DNA from: a virus
Taxonomy: Duplodnaviria; Heunggongvirae; Uroviricota; Caudoviricetes
Strand: one strand, 5' to 3'
IMG/VR virus record: IMGVR_UViG_3300028920_001945
Location: 64,001 to 115,760 of that record
Length of the DNA stretch: 51,760 bases
Positions within the stretch are counted from its first letter, which is position 1. Each line of letters opens with the position of its first letter. Positions 28,886-39,428 of this stretch are shown one piece after another. The position numbers were made by a program, and so were the translations under genes. The notes under the pieces were generated by a model. The model was not told where the DNA came from. It ran no database searches and saw only the letters and a program-made list of their open reading frames with translations.

Positions 28886-31800
28886 TCACATAGTTGTTCT
28901 TCTCTTTTTCTTAAGTATTTCCATAAGTTTTCTCTCAAAGTCAACTGGACTTTGTACTCCATTAATATTTAGAGCTCCCATTATATTAAATTCTTCTCTT
29001 GAAGATTCTCCTTGATTAATTGTAGTATTATTACCATAATTAGCAGTTAATCTTTCCCTTAATGGTATCATCTGGCTAGGAGAAGTTCCATATCCTCCAA
29101 CACCCTCCGGTATCCTAAATCCTGGAGCTCCAATACTTGGGAATGGTAACATTCCTACTCCTGGAGCTCTACCCTTAGTTCTTGGAGGAATTAATTTTTT
29201 AAATATTTTCCTTGTATCTATATCAGTTAGAGCTTTAGTCATCTCATTCTTCTTACTAAGGAAATCCATCTGGCTTATTAATTCTGGATACCTAGATAAT
29301 ATTTTCTGTAATATATCAGCCGCATATTTTTTATTAACACCTTCTAGTGGAATAATAGCTTCCATTCCTGCTTCTCCAATTATTGATGGTGTTGCTCCCT
29401 TAACAAATCCTCCAGTCTGCCAGAATTTAAAACCTCCAAGGAATGAACCCACTGCATCCACTGCTCCTCCTATAAGATTAGCTGCTCCATCTATAACAGA
29501 GCCAATTGTACCTATAGGGTCTGTGATGGCCTTTACTACTGTTCCGATCGGATCAGTAACTGCCTTTACAGCAGTATCTACTATACTAGGAGCCCTAGAA
29601 GGTGTAGTGGGAGTTGGTGTAGTGGGGGTAGATGTTTTAGATTGAGTTGAACTTGTCTTTGGTGTAGTGGTAGAAGTTTTTTTTGCAGCAGTTTCAGCAG
29701 CAGCCTTAGTTGTTGTGGCAGCAGAATTTACTTTACTGACAAAACCACTAGCAGCATTTAATATTCTATCCATAAAAGTATTTCCAGTTGATATTACTCC
29801 AGATTTAAATATACTTGAAGATGTTATAGTGTTATTTCCAGCTGTATTTGCAGCATTTATAGTTGTAGAGGATGCTAAACCAGAATCTCTAATCCATTGA
29901 TTTCCAACTTGAGCTCCATCTCTATTTAATTCATCTCCTGCATCTATTATGACATCTCCAGCATAATCAACTTTACTTCCAAGTGCTTCTAATGACTTAT
30001 CAGCAGCAGGCATAGTAGAAACTGTAGCAGTAGAAGTTTTACCTCCACCACCTCCAAATAAACCTCCTATAATGGGTATATTTTTTAAGACGTTACCTCC
30101 AACTTTCTTAAAGGTATCAAATGCTCCACCAGCAATATCCATTACCTTTCCTGCAATTCCTCCTATAGAATCTTTTACAAAGTTAAATGCTCCTCCTATA
30201 GCTCCAAATAAATCAAAACCTCCTCCACCACCACCAGTCTTTCCACCAGCAGCTGTTCCAGATGCAGCAGCTATAGCTTTTTCTGGGAAGTTTGGATCCG
30301 TTAATGCATAATCTATAAATATTGTAGCATGATTTGTATCAAAATAATCTTTCAATAGAGATAAATTACTCTGATTATTAGATAAAAATGTAGCCCAATC
30401 TACATTATCCCAAGTTTCAATTACTTCTATAGGAGTATCTGACATTTCAGATACTTTTTGTAAAAATGCATCCTTTCTACTACCTAAAGTTGATAAGAAT
30501 CCATCAAAGTCTTGTCCTTCCCATAGTGTTGATAATTCTGCTATAGCAGTATATCTATCCATAGCAGCTCTAAAACTATTTTGTTGTTCTCCTGTAAGAA
30601 CTTTATAGAAAGTACTCCAAGATGTACCATCCCATAATGTTTCAACATCTACCGGTATTCCAGGAACTGCCTGAGATATTTCACTCACTAAGCCAGGAGT
30701 ATCATTAAGTTGATCAGCCCATGTTTGCCAATCCTCTGTATCCCAAACATCAAATGTAAAGTCTGGTAACTTTATGTCATATTGACCTAATTCTTCTATT
30801 ACAGAGCCCAAATCTCCATATTCTTCTATTAGATTATGAAAATCTGTTTGCATTGATATAGCAAGAGGATGCATTCCAGTTGCACTCTGAACAAATAAAT
30901 TGAATATTCTAGTTAATTCACCTGTAGCATCAGTAAATGCTACTATAGCTTCAGTTAATTGAGTCTGAACTTCATAAAATGATTCTTCAGCATTTATAGC
31001 TACTGTTGCAGAATTTACTACTGCATCCAAACTCCCTTGTCCTAATTCAGTAGCCAATGATGCTCCATCCATTCCATCCTGCCACATCCCAGCGGCTTGA
31101 GCTAGATCTATCATAGTTAATGCAGCCACTAATTGTCCGTCAGTAAATTCAGAAAGAGATTTATTTGAAGTTCCATAGAAAGCATTTAATACTTTAAGTT
31201 GTTCAGCATCACTTCCCATTATACTTCCTGTTAATTCTAAAGCAGCAGCAATCTCATCAAATGTATCTACAATTTCCTCTCCTTCTAAGTCCATAAAGGA
31301 CATTGCCAATCTAGTGGTACTACCAACCATAGAATCCATTTCATCACTTATTTTAGATAATTGTAATATCATATCCACATTCTGTTTAGAAGCTTCAGCT
31401 TCATTATCAGCTATATCTAGCCATGCTTTAGCAGCATCAGGAGCAACTGCTCCTATATCCATTAAATCATATACAAGAGGTCCTAATTGTTCTTCTAGAC
31501 CCGATATAGCATCATTTAACTTGATTGTAGCATCTCTATATTCAGTAATTACATTCATTTGACTTTCAGTTATCTGGGTAGTATCATCAGATGTTCTATA
31601 GTATTCTGCTAATGCCTTATTTAATTCTCCTAATGTTATCTCCTCATTTATATATTGACCCACCAATTCTCTTTCTTTATCCGATAAATCTCCATAGACA
31701 TCTGATAAAGGTTTATTTAATTTTAATTGATCTCCCTTAGCTTGTTCCATTTGTTTATATAATTCTATGGTTTCTTCACTAAGCATCCCCTCTTCAGCTA

Positions 31801-34800
31801 ATTTCTCAAATAACTTCTCAAATTGTTCTAATTCTCCTTCTTCTAGTTTATATAATTTCTCCTTAATATCATAAATCTTAATAAGAACTTCTAAATAATT
31901 CTTCATTCTCTCAGTAGTATACTTGGTATAGTTTTCCTGTAATGCAGAGAAGGCCAATAATTTAGCTTCTAGAGCAGCCTGCTTTGCATCTGCATCCGCT
32001 AGAGTCTCTCTAGCTTCAGCTAGATCTTCTGTTACCTTCATTAACTCTAATTCTCCTAAAGTTAGAGGCATAGTTACCGTTAAGGCTTCTTGTTCAGTAT
32101 CTTCCCAAGTATAATCTTCACTCCAGAGTTTAGATGGATCCCACCATTCTTTCTCCTTTTTCTTTTTACCTTCAAAAGCCCATACTTGCTCTTGATTATA
32201 GTTCATATCTTGAAGCATTTTATTTATTTCTTTTATAGTATATCCTAATGACTTAAGTTCATCCTTAGTTTTTTCTGCTACTACACCATGATTCTTAGTG
32301 TATTCTATTTGAGCTTCTGCATTTTTCAGTGCCCGTTCCTGTTCACCAGCTTGTTGTTCTAAATCTATCCTATCTTGTATCGCATCTTGTAGAGCCCTTT
32401 CAGCATTCATAGCTTCATTAGAACCCGCTCCATGTAAGGCTAAGGCTTCTGCTAAATCTAATGTAGCAGCTTCTTCATCTTGGATAGATCTAGTTAGATT
32501 CTCCTTTGTATCTTTCCAATCTCTTTCAGCTTCAGCTAACTCTTCAATATAACCAACAGCAGTGTCCATTAATTCTCCCATTGTTCTAATTTCAGTTATT
32601 ATACCCTTTATGGCTGACATCAGATTAGTTTTTGAGTCTGCTAATTTGTTAGTTAATATTAATTCCTTCTTTTCTAAATCTAATATTTTTTCAATGTTGT
32701 TTGATTCATTCTCTTTAGCATCATCCAATTCAGCCGTTACAATAGCTAATTCATCATATGTAGCCTTAAGGTCGTCTAAATTACTATTATAGAAAGCCAA
32801 TTCAGTTGATGCTTTATTGACTAGCATTTCCCAAGTAGCCATTGCTTCTACTTCTTCCAGTGTCTTTCCTATTAATATTTTTGTTACTTCATTTAATAAG
32901 GAGGTTTGATCAACAATATCTTTTATTGGAACATCTAGCATTTGTGAAAAATAGGCTCTTGCTTCTTTATATTGATATATGGAATTTAAGGCATCAAATG
33001 CATCAAATAAATTATTAATCTCTCTACCTGCTATTCCAGCACCTCCAGCAAGTAATTCCCAGCCAAATGCATCAGGATTAAGATTATCAGCTGCTTTTTG
33101 CCAATTTGTACCCATAGCCTTAAAAGCTTTATTTGTTTCCCCAACAAGATTTGTCTTCAATACCTTAGTAATTTCTTTTGAATAAACTTCAAACTGTTTT
33201 TTGGTTAGAACTTTTTTCTGAGAAGCTGCTAAGGCAAGAGCTGCTCTCTTTCCCATTTCTTCATATGTATTTTCTAATTTATCTCCAGTTTGTTTTTTTA
33301 TTGCCTCATTTATTAATTCTCCCCAACTTGTAGCTCCAGCTAAATCTACATCCATCCTATCTGCAGCTTTATTTATTTCATTAAGAGATGCAACAAAACC
33401 TCTATTGGAATGATCCGCTTCCCATACAGCCAATTTCCAGGCATCTATGGTTTGTATCATACCTCTAAAAGCATCCCCAGAAACTGATTGTAGAGTTGTT
33501 CCTAAATCTTTTACGGATGTAGTTAAATCTATTGCAGCATCAGTTAAAGTAAAGAATCCAGAAGCTGCTAGTGCCGCCATACCTACAGCGACTGCTATAC
33601 CAACGGTTGCAATAGACATAGCAACTGCCATTGCCTTCAATAGAGCTGCATTTGCAGCTAATGCTGGTATTCTGGCAAGTAATGCATGTATAGAACCATA
33701 TAATGCAGCTATCCAAGAATTTTCTAATATTACTTGTTTTCCCTTTATGATTAAAAATATAGTTTCAAGAGCTACTAGAGCCTTAGTTATATTAGTTATT
33801 AAGATCATTACTACTTTATATACTAAGAACCATTTTACTATCTTAATTAATACTGGAAGGAACTTTATAAATTGTTTAACGAACTTAGCAATTTTTGGTG
33901 CTATAACAATCATACTCTGGGCAAATCCCTCTAGAATAGGAGCTAATGTAGATCCTAATTCTAAAGATACTTCCTGGAAAGCATTACTTAATGATTGGAG
34001 AGCTCCCCATAAGGTATTCTCTTGAGCATCTGCAACACTTTCCGTAATTCCTTTAGATAATAGTAGTTCTTGATTATATCTTTCTATGTCGTAGACTCCT
34101 TGTACTAAAACAGCAGCTGATGCAGCTGTTCTTGCTCTGAACATTGAAGCAGCTTCTGCAGCTCCAAATCCAGCAGCATTTAATTTATTTAATATTTCAG
34201 TTAAAGAATACAATTCTGGATTAAGATCTTCAGTCGTTAATCCAATAGAGGCTAGCATTTCTTCAGCCTTAGAAGATGGTTCTAGTAACTTAGACAAAAT
34301 CATATTAAGACGTTGTCCAGCTTGACTACCCTTAAGACCCATATTTACTAAAAGCATACCTGCTGCTACTGTCTCTTCTAATTGTAATCCTAATGCACCC
34401 GCTATTGGTGCAGCATATTTCATGAATTCTGACATCTTCTCCATATTGAAGAAAGAGTTTGTAATTGCTGATGTGAAAGTGTCCACTATTCTTGTAGTAT
34501 CATCTAACTCTAGACCAAATGCCTTCATGGTAGTTAAGACATCTTCAGTAGCATTTTCTAAATCTGATTGTGTGGCGGCAGCATAATTTAATATAGGAAG
34601 CATTTGTTGTCTGGTTATCTTAGCTACATCTAGACCAGCACTAGCCAATTGATAAAATGATTTCTGTATTTCTAAAGCACTATATACTGTTTCTCTAGAT
34701 AGAACCTTACTCATTTCCATCATACGATTCTTTACTTGTTCAAATGAACCTCCTAAATAACCACTAACCGTAGCTGCATTTGCTGCAGCTCTCTCAAATT

Positions 34801-35242
34801 CTTTAAAGTTTTCTATGACAGCTTGGAATCCTCTTTGTATACCCATTACCATCTGTACACCAATACTGAAGGTAACATAGTGGACAATCTTTCCTACAAA
34901 GTCTTTAAATTTAAGCATAGAAAAGATAGATTTCTGAGAGCCAACCGTTATCTTTTTACTTGTATCTAAAACTTGATCACCAAGCATTTTTTGTGATGTT
35001 ACAACCTGAGCTGAGGAGCCTCTATAGACTCCCTGTTTTTTTGTTACAACCGTATAGGCATCCGCAGATTCTTGTAAGGGTTTCGTTATACTACTAGAAT
35101 CTATAGATGCTCCTAACTGCTTAGTAGTCATATTAAGTTCTCTAGCAGTCTGTTGGATCATCTTTCTGGCTTCCTCTAAGCCAGCATTCATGCCTTTAGT
35201 ATCTATCTTTAGATTTACGTATAACGTTCCAAGTGAAGCTAT
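28886..35242 (-). CDS. Tail tape measure protein (TP901-like core), ~2118 aa
   Basis: FERAAANAATV..FYQLASAG..ILNYAAAT..MKYAAPIA..GLKGSQAG; C-terminal TGGFV..IIGEAGMEAIIPL. Probable ATA start at 35242 (IASLGTLYVNLKID) after GGAAGGTGAT; first ATG is at 35191. Confidence 0.95.
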   Translation of the reverse strand: MASLGTLYVNLKIDTKGMNAGLEEARKMIQQTARELNMTTKQLGASIDSSSITKPLQESADAYTVVTKKQGVYRGSSAQVVTSQKMLGDQVLDTSKKITVGSQKSIFSMLKFKDFVGKIVHYVTFSIGVQMVMGIQRGFQAVIENFKEFERAAANAATVSGYLGGSFEQVKNRMMEMSKVLSRETVYSALEIQKSFYQLASAGLDVAKITRQQMLPILNYAAATQSDLENATEDVLTTMKAFGLELDDTTRIVDTFTSAITNSFFNMEKMSEFMKYAAPIAGALGLQLEETVAAGMLLVNMGLKGSQAGQRLNMILSKLLEPSSKAEEMLASIGLTTEDLNPELYSLTEILNKLNAAGFGAAEAASMFRARTAASAAVLVQGVYDIERYNQELLLSKGITESVADAQENTLWGALQSLSNAFQEVSLELGSTLAPILEGFAQSMIVIAPKIAKFVKQFIKFLPVLIKIVKWFLVYKVVMILITNITKALVALETIFLIIKGKQVILENSWIAALYGSIHALLARIPALAANAALLKAMAVAMSIATVGIAVAVGMAALAASGFFTLTDAAIDLTTSVKDLGTTLQSVSGDAFRGMIQTIDAWKLAVWEADHSNRGFVASLNEINKAADRMDVDLAGATSWGELINEAIKKQTGDKLENTYEEMGKRAALALAASQKKVLTKKQFEVYSKEITKVLKTNLVGETNKAFKAMGTNWQKAADNLNPDAFGWELLAGGAGIAGREINNLFDAFDALNSIYQYKEARAYFSQMLDVPIKDIVDQTSLLNEVTKILIGKTLEEVEAMATWEMLVNKASTELAFYNSNLDDLKATYDELAIVTAELDDAKENESNNIEKILDLEKKELILTNKLADSKTNLMSAIKGIITEIRTMGELMDTAVGYIEELAEAERDWKDTKENLTRSIQDEEAATLDLAEALALHGAGSNEAMNAERALQDAIQDRIDLEQQAGEQERALKNAEAQIEYTKNHGVVAEKTKDELKSLGYTIKEINKMLQDMNYNQEQVWAFEGKKKKEKEWWDPSKLWSEDYTWEDTEQEALTVTMPLTLGELELMKVTEDLAEARETLADADAKQAALEAKLLAFSALQENYTKYTTERMKNYLEVLIKIYDIKEKLYKLEEGELEQFEKLFEKLAEEGMLSEETIELYKQMEQAKGDQLKLNKPLSDVYGDLSDKERELVGQYINEEITLGELNKALAEYYRTSDDTTQITESQMNVITEYRDATIKLNDAISGLEEQLGPLVYDLMDIGAVAPDAAKAWLDIADNEAEASKQNVDMILQLSKISDEMDSMVGSTTRLAMSFMDLEGEEIVDTFDEIAAALELTGSIMGSDAEQLKVLNAFYGTSNKSLSEFTDGQLVAALTMIDLAQAAGMWQDGMDGASLATELGQGSLDAVVNSATVAINAEESFYEVQTQLTEAIVAFTDATGELTRIFNLFVQSATGMHPLAISMQTDFHNLIEEYGDLGSVIEELGQYDIKLPDFTFDVWDTEDWQTWADQLNDTPGLVSEISQAVPGIPVDVETLWDGTSWSTFYKVLTGEQQNSFRAAMDRYTAIAELSTLWEGQDFDGFLSTLGSRKDAFLQKVSEMSDTPIEVIETWDNVDWATFLSNNQSNLSLLKDYFDTNHATIFIDYALTDPNFPEKAIAAASGTAAGGKTGGGGGGFDLFGAIGGAFNFVKDSIGGIAGKVMDIAGGAFDTFKKVGGNVLKNIPIIGGLFGGGGGKTSTATVSTMPAADKSLEALGSKVDYAGDVIIDAGDELNRDGAQVGNQWIRDSGLASSTTINAANTAGNNTITSSSIFKSGVISTGNTFMDRILNAASGFVSKVNSAATTTKAAAETAAKKTSTTTPKTSSTQSKTSTPTTPTPTTPSRAPSIVDTAVKAVTDPIGTVVKAITDPIGTIGSVIDGAANLIGGAVDAVGSFLGGFKFWQTGGFVKGATPSIIGEAGMEAIIPLEGVNKKYAADILQKILSRYPELISQMDFLSKKNEMTKALTDIDTRKIFKKLIPPRTKGRAPGVGMLPFPSIGAPGFRIPEGVGGYGTSPSQMIPLRERLTANYGNNTTINQGESSREEFNIMGALNINGVQSPVDFERKLMEILKKKRRTTM

Positions 35243-35348
35243 AATATCACCTTCCTCTTACTACTCAGAAATAGAGTTTTGGCCTCTAAGGCCATTCTAG
35301 GGCCCTTTAAATCAAAAATATAAGGGTATTCTAGATATATATTCATAT

Positions 35349-35663
35349 TTATCTCTTTACGTATACTAATTGTATTGGGTTCCTATCATACTTTGGAGAC
35401 CAATGAAAGGGGTGTTGATAATCAAATAGACCTTTCCACTCCGTGACGTAAATTCCTAAGTCATCCGTAGATTGAGTGGATATATAATAATGATATATTC
35501 CAGTAGCTTCATGACATCCAGATTCTGGACCCATTAGTACTGTACCATCAGGTCTATAGACTGTAAGATAAGCTATATTTCCAGAACAATCTACATTTGT
35601 AGAGCCAGATGTAAATGTTACTGTAGCCTTCCAGGTTGTGCCACGTTCAAATTTTGTAAGCAT
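35349..35663 (-). CDS. Ig-like/BppU-N-like small structural protein
   Basis: RGTT..ATVTF..AYLTVYRPDG..TGIYHYY..LGIYVTEW beta-sandwich pattern. Confidence 0.5.
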   Translation of the reverse strand: MLTKFERGTTWKATVTFTSGSTNVDCSGNIAYLTVYRPDGTVLMGPESGCHEATGIYHYYISTQSTDDLGIYVTEWKGLFDYQHPFHWSPKYDRNPIQLVYVKR

Positions 35664-35696
35664 TTTAATTCCTAATATTAAATAACATAAATTACA

Positions 35697-36407
35697 CTAT
35701 TGTTGATTTAATGGATTTAATGAATGGACCCATCTATGACAATCATAACATAATGTAATTCCATTGTTAATGTCAAATCTATAATCTGGATATTTAGAGA
35801 AAGATTTGATATGATGAGGATGTATTATAACTTTATTATTTTTTTCACTTTTATTTTTACAAATTTGACAGGTATAATTATCTCTTTCAAATATGTTCTC
35901 TCTCCAATTCTTAAATTTTATACTATTTCTTAATTTTCTATTTTCCGGAGTTATACCTCCTTTCCAATTCCAATGATTCTTACCAGATCTATAAGAATTA
36001 TAACAATCCATAGAACAAAAATTAGCATTAGATTGTTTAGTTTTAAATTCTTTATTACAATTCTTACATATTTTTATATACCTCTTTTTATTCAAGTTAA
36101 TTATTCCCTTTAAAGAATCTTGATATTTTTTATCATATTTAGTTCTTCTAATTTTTAATTCATATTCATGTTTTTTCCTATAAGTTTTATTATATTTAGA
36201 TATTTTATCTGGATTACTTTTTTTCCAATTTTCTTTTGTAATTCTAACTTTTTCTGGATGCCTTTCTCTATATCTTTTATATTTCTTATTATATTCTTTT
36301 TTTCTGCAATTATCACAATATTTAGTAGAGTTATGAACATTATATAACTCTTTATCACATATAATGCATTTACAATCTTTTGTAGGCATAATTCCTTTTT
36401 TACTCAT
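35697..36407 (-). CDS. HNH homing endonuclease with zinc-ribbon repeats
   Basis: [48 protein letters not shown]. Confidence 0.9.
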   Translation of the reverse strand: MSKKGIMPTKDCKCIICDKELYNVHNSTKYCDNCRKKEYNKKYKRYRERHPEKVRITKENWKKSNPDKISKYNKTYRKKHEYELKIRRTKYDKKYQDSLKGIINLNKKRYIKICKNCNKEFKTKQSNANFCSMDCYNSYRSGKNHWNWKGGITPENRKLRNSIKFKNWRENIFERDNYTCQICKNKSEKNNKVIIHPHHIKSFSKYPDYRFDINNGITLCYDCHRWVHSLNPLNQQ

Positions 36408-36437
36408 ATTTCTTTAATCTATATAAACATAAAAACA

Positions 36438-36707
36438 TTATTCGGATACCGTAGTGGTAGCCTTTTTTTGTTCAGTTGTATTACTACTAGAGCTTCTAGT
36501 TTCTGTCTTGGTAGAAGAAGTTCTTCTTAAATCAGTTTTTGTGCTACTAGCCTTGTTTCTTTCTGTTTTAGTTGAGGAAATTCCTCTAGTTTCAGATACT
36601 CTTGAGGATATACCAGTCGGTATATTTGTTTCCCCAACACAATCAAAAATTCCATCTGGTAGAGTATCAAATCTACTAGTGTCAAATATTCCACATATTT
36701 GGGTCAT
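36438..36707 (-). CDS. Small Ser/Thr-rich protein with ~10-aa repeats
   Basis: ISSRVSETRG ISSTKTERNK ASSTKTDLRR TSSTKTETRS SSSNTTEQKK; fits tightly between neighbouring genes on the - strand. Confidence 0.6.
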   Translation of the reverse strand: MTQICGIFDTSRFDTLPDGIFDCVGETNIPTGISSRVSETRGISSTKTERNKASSTKTDLRRTSSTKTETRSSSSNTTEQKKATTTVSE

Positions 36708-36709
36708 AA

Positions 36710-37099
36710 TTAATTGCCGTAGTCACTAGTCTTGGAATGACCCTTTCTATTCCAAGAATTAAATATATAGAGATTATTGTCATAATTTCTATGAGTGTTA
36801 ATATAAATATCTCCAGAATCATTAGCTTCTTGTAATGTTAAATCTAGATTTTTCATTCTATCTGATATAATTACTTTAAATGATGTATTAGCATCTTCTC
36901 CATATCCTTTAGCATTTACATTCATAGTGCATGCTGAATATGCATAGTCATCTATATTACCAACATATTTACCACCAGAATTAGTCACAACAGTAAGTGT
37001 AGTTGAGCCACTTGTTAGACTAACTGAACCTGATGTTACTAAATCACCATTGGAGTCGTATATATATCCATATACTGGATAAGGCATTCCTATTGACAT
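36710..37099 (-). CDS. Carboxypeptidase-regulatory/transthyretin-like beta-sandwich protein
   Basis: PYPVYGYIYDSNG..VSL..TNSGGKY pattern. Confidence 0.55.
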   Translation of the reverse strand: MSIGMPYPVYGYIYDSNGDLVTSGSVSLTSGSTTLTVVTNSGGKYVGNIDDYAYSACTMNVNAKGYGEDANTSFKVIISDRMKNLDLTLQEANDSGDIYINTHRNYDNNLYIFNSWNRKGHSKTSDYGN

Positions 37100-39426
37100 T
37101 ATGAAGCCTTCCCACCGATATTAAATGTTTCTGAATCCGCAACACTTATGAATAATACATCATCCTCAGTGATTGTTATAGATGGCTCTAGAAATCCAAC
37201 TATATAATAATCCCATTCATAATTAGTTTCATCCCAATAATAGATAAATTCCCCTGCATCTAAAGTTGTGGATATGTGAGTATTAGCCACCTCACTTGCT
37301 GTCGTTGCTGCATCATCTGTCCAGCCAACATAATTACCACCATTATTAATATCATTTGTGAGAGTTACTTCTCTAGCAGAGGTATAATCAGTTCCAGAAT
37401 CTGCATCCATACTTATCTCTTGAGTACCTGAATCTGTTAGATATACCTTTATTATATCAAATACATCAACATCAAAATCTGTACCTGATTCATCTCCATA
37501 ATAATATATCCATAGTCCATCATCTATATCCCAAGTTGTTCCTACCCATGCCGCTATATATTCTGCTGATTCATCAAAATCAGCTATATCTTCTGCCACT
37601 GTTGATGCAGTTCCATCATCATCCCCAAGCCATACAAAGTAATCTATTCCATCGTTCCTTATAGTTGCTGTATATGTGTCTCCACCAGCACTCGTTGTAA
37701 AACTAAAACTACTGTTAGCCCAACCGCCATTGCCATCATTAACACTAACATTCCACCAATAAGTCGTGCTATAGCTGTCAACCCAAGATACATTTGTGCA
37801 GTAATAAGTCCCATTAGATACACTTGTATTTGTACCCATAACAGTCCAGCTACCAGATTCATTTGTAGACCATGTAATATTCATATCCTGTGTTGCATCA
37901 TCCAAATCAGATACACTAATATTGAAATGAGAATAGTTACCAATAAGGCTTAATCCAACATTTGTACTTTGGTTCAATGGGTTTTCACTACTAGCAGTTA
38001 TGCTAGGGTTATTGTTTTCAGGTTCACCACCACCCTCAGTATAAGAACAATAAATATATAACTGTCGTTTAGTAATAATATCCCAACCAGCATCCATAGG
38101 AGAATCCCATGTTACACCACCTGAGACAAGCTCTTTTAATAATTTCCATGTAGTTTCACCAGAATCATATAAAACAACAACCGAATTATGACCATCACTA
38201 CCTAAGTTACTTACCGTACCAACAGCCATATAATAATCAGTACCCTCTGTAACTGATGGTTTAGGTTCACTAAAATCAAAGTCATATGCAGTATCTGCTG
38301 ATAAGCCGCTACGAGATTCAGTAGTAGCAATAAGATTACCCATTGTTTCATCATCAACATACTCATATAAAGCACATTGAATAGTTATATCAACATCCCA
38401 ACCTGAATCTGTATAAATAGTTATGTTATCTGCTGTACCACTACTACTAGGTGCATAACTGTCCATGTACCAATATTCATCACCTTTATAATATATATAT
38501 AAACCATGACTCCCACTAGAATATCCAAATGTCGGGTCAATCAACATCTTCTCACCCTTAGCCATCCTGACACTTGTGTAAACACGCCAGTTAAACGTTT
38601 GCTTATTACTAACAGATGTTACATCTTTAACCATAACAGTCTTACCCGCTTCAGGACTATTTTTATAATCACTCCAATCATAATAGATATTGTAATCCTC
38701 AGATTCAGTGATACTAAAATTTAGTAATATTTTATCTTCAATATCTTTAGCACTTATGCTTTTATCCTGATAACTTTTTACATTATCAGTCCTCAACAAT
38801 AGTTGATAGTATGCGTTTTCATCACTAACCCAAGATAGTGTATGCTTCTCAGAAAGATTGATAGCATTCCAATCCTTCTTAACAACAAGCAACTTAGTAC
38901 AATCCACCCAGTGAACATTATCAACACTCTTTTGTAAACTCCAAACCACAGTAGTATTAAGCCAACTACGATAAAAACTGATATTTACATCCTTAAAAAT
39001 TGTCTCACCCATACCAAAACTATCCTTTGGCGGTATAAAGTCTGTATAAATAAAAGGCTCAGGAATATCTAAATCTGGTATTTCTGGACCACTATCAAAA
39101 TATATAACTCCTCCTGTTGCAGTTCCAAGTGCAGCCATGATTATTATAAATTTCTTATAATTTTTCTTAATCCACTTTATAGTTTCCACTCTAGTTATAA
39201 TGAAGGCAATAAGAGCAATAAGTATATCAGATATCATTAATACTGTTGGAGGACCAGGAGCCTCTCCAAGAACATACCATAATAATGATAGCAAGAATAT
39301 TATAATTATTCCTGGTATAATATATTTTTTATAATCTATTAAGAATATTCTAATATTATTAATTCCTTTGTAAAAGTATTCTAGAATTGTAGTGAACAGT
39401 AAAGATATATTTTCAATTAATTTCAT
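37099..39426 (-). CDS. Membrane-anchored, N-sequon-rich surface protein with Ig/FnIII-like domain
   Basis: Three N-terminal hydrophobic segments; NNPSI..P.N.STNV..TTYWWNVSVNDG; about 16 N-X-S/T sequons counted by eye. Confidence 0.65.
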   Translation of the reverse strand: MKLIENISLLFTTILEYFYKGINNIRIFLIDYKKYIIPGIIIIFLLSLLWYVLGEAPGPPTVLMISDILIALIAFIITRVETIKWIKKNYKKFIIIMAALGTATGGVIYFDSGPEIPDLDIPEPFIYTDFIPPKDSFGMGETIFKDVNISFYRSWLNTTVVWSLQKSVDNVHWVDCTKLLVVKKDWNAINLSEKHTLSWVSDENAYYQLLLRTDNVKSYQDKSISAKDIEDKILLNFSITESEDYNIYYDWSDYKNSPEAGKTVMVKDVTSVSNKQTFNWRVYTSVRMAKGEKMLIDPTFGYSSGSHGLYIYYKGDEYWYMDSYAPSSSGTADNITIYTDSGWDVDITIQCALYEYVDDETMGNLIATTESRSGLSADTAYDFDFSEPKPSVTEGTDYYMAVGTVSNLGSDGHNSVVVLYDSGETTWKLLKELVSGGVTWDSPMDAGWDIITKRQLYIYCSYTEGGGEPENNNPSITASSENPLNQSTNVGLSLIGNYSHFNISVSDLDDATQDMNITWSTNESGSWTVMGTNTSVSNGTYYCTNVSWVDSYSTTYWWNVSVNDGNGGWANSSFSFTTSAGGDTYTATIRNDGIDYFVWLGDDDGTASTVAEDIADFDESAEYIAAWVGTTWDIDDGLWIYYYGDESGTDFDVDVFDIIKVYLTDSGTQEISMDADSGTDYTSAREVTLTNDINNGGNYVGWTDDAATTASEVANTHISTTLDAGEFIYYWDETNYEWDYYIVGFLEPSITITEDDVLFISVADSETFNIGGKAS

Positions 39427-39428
39427 AT

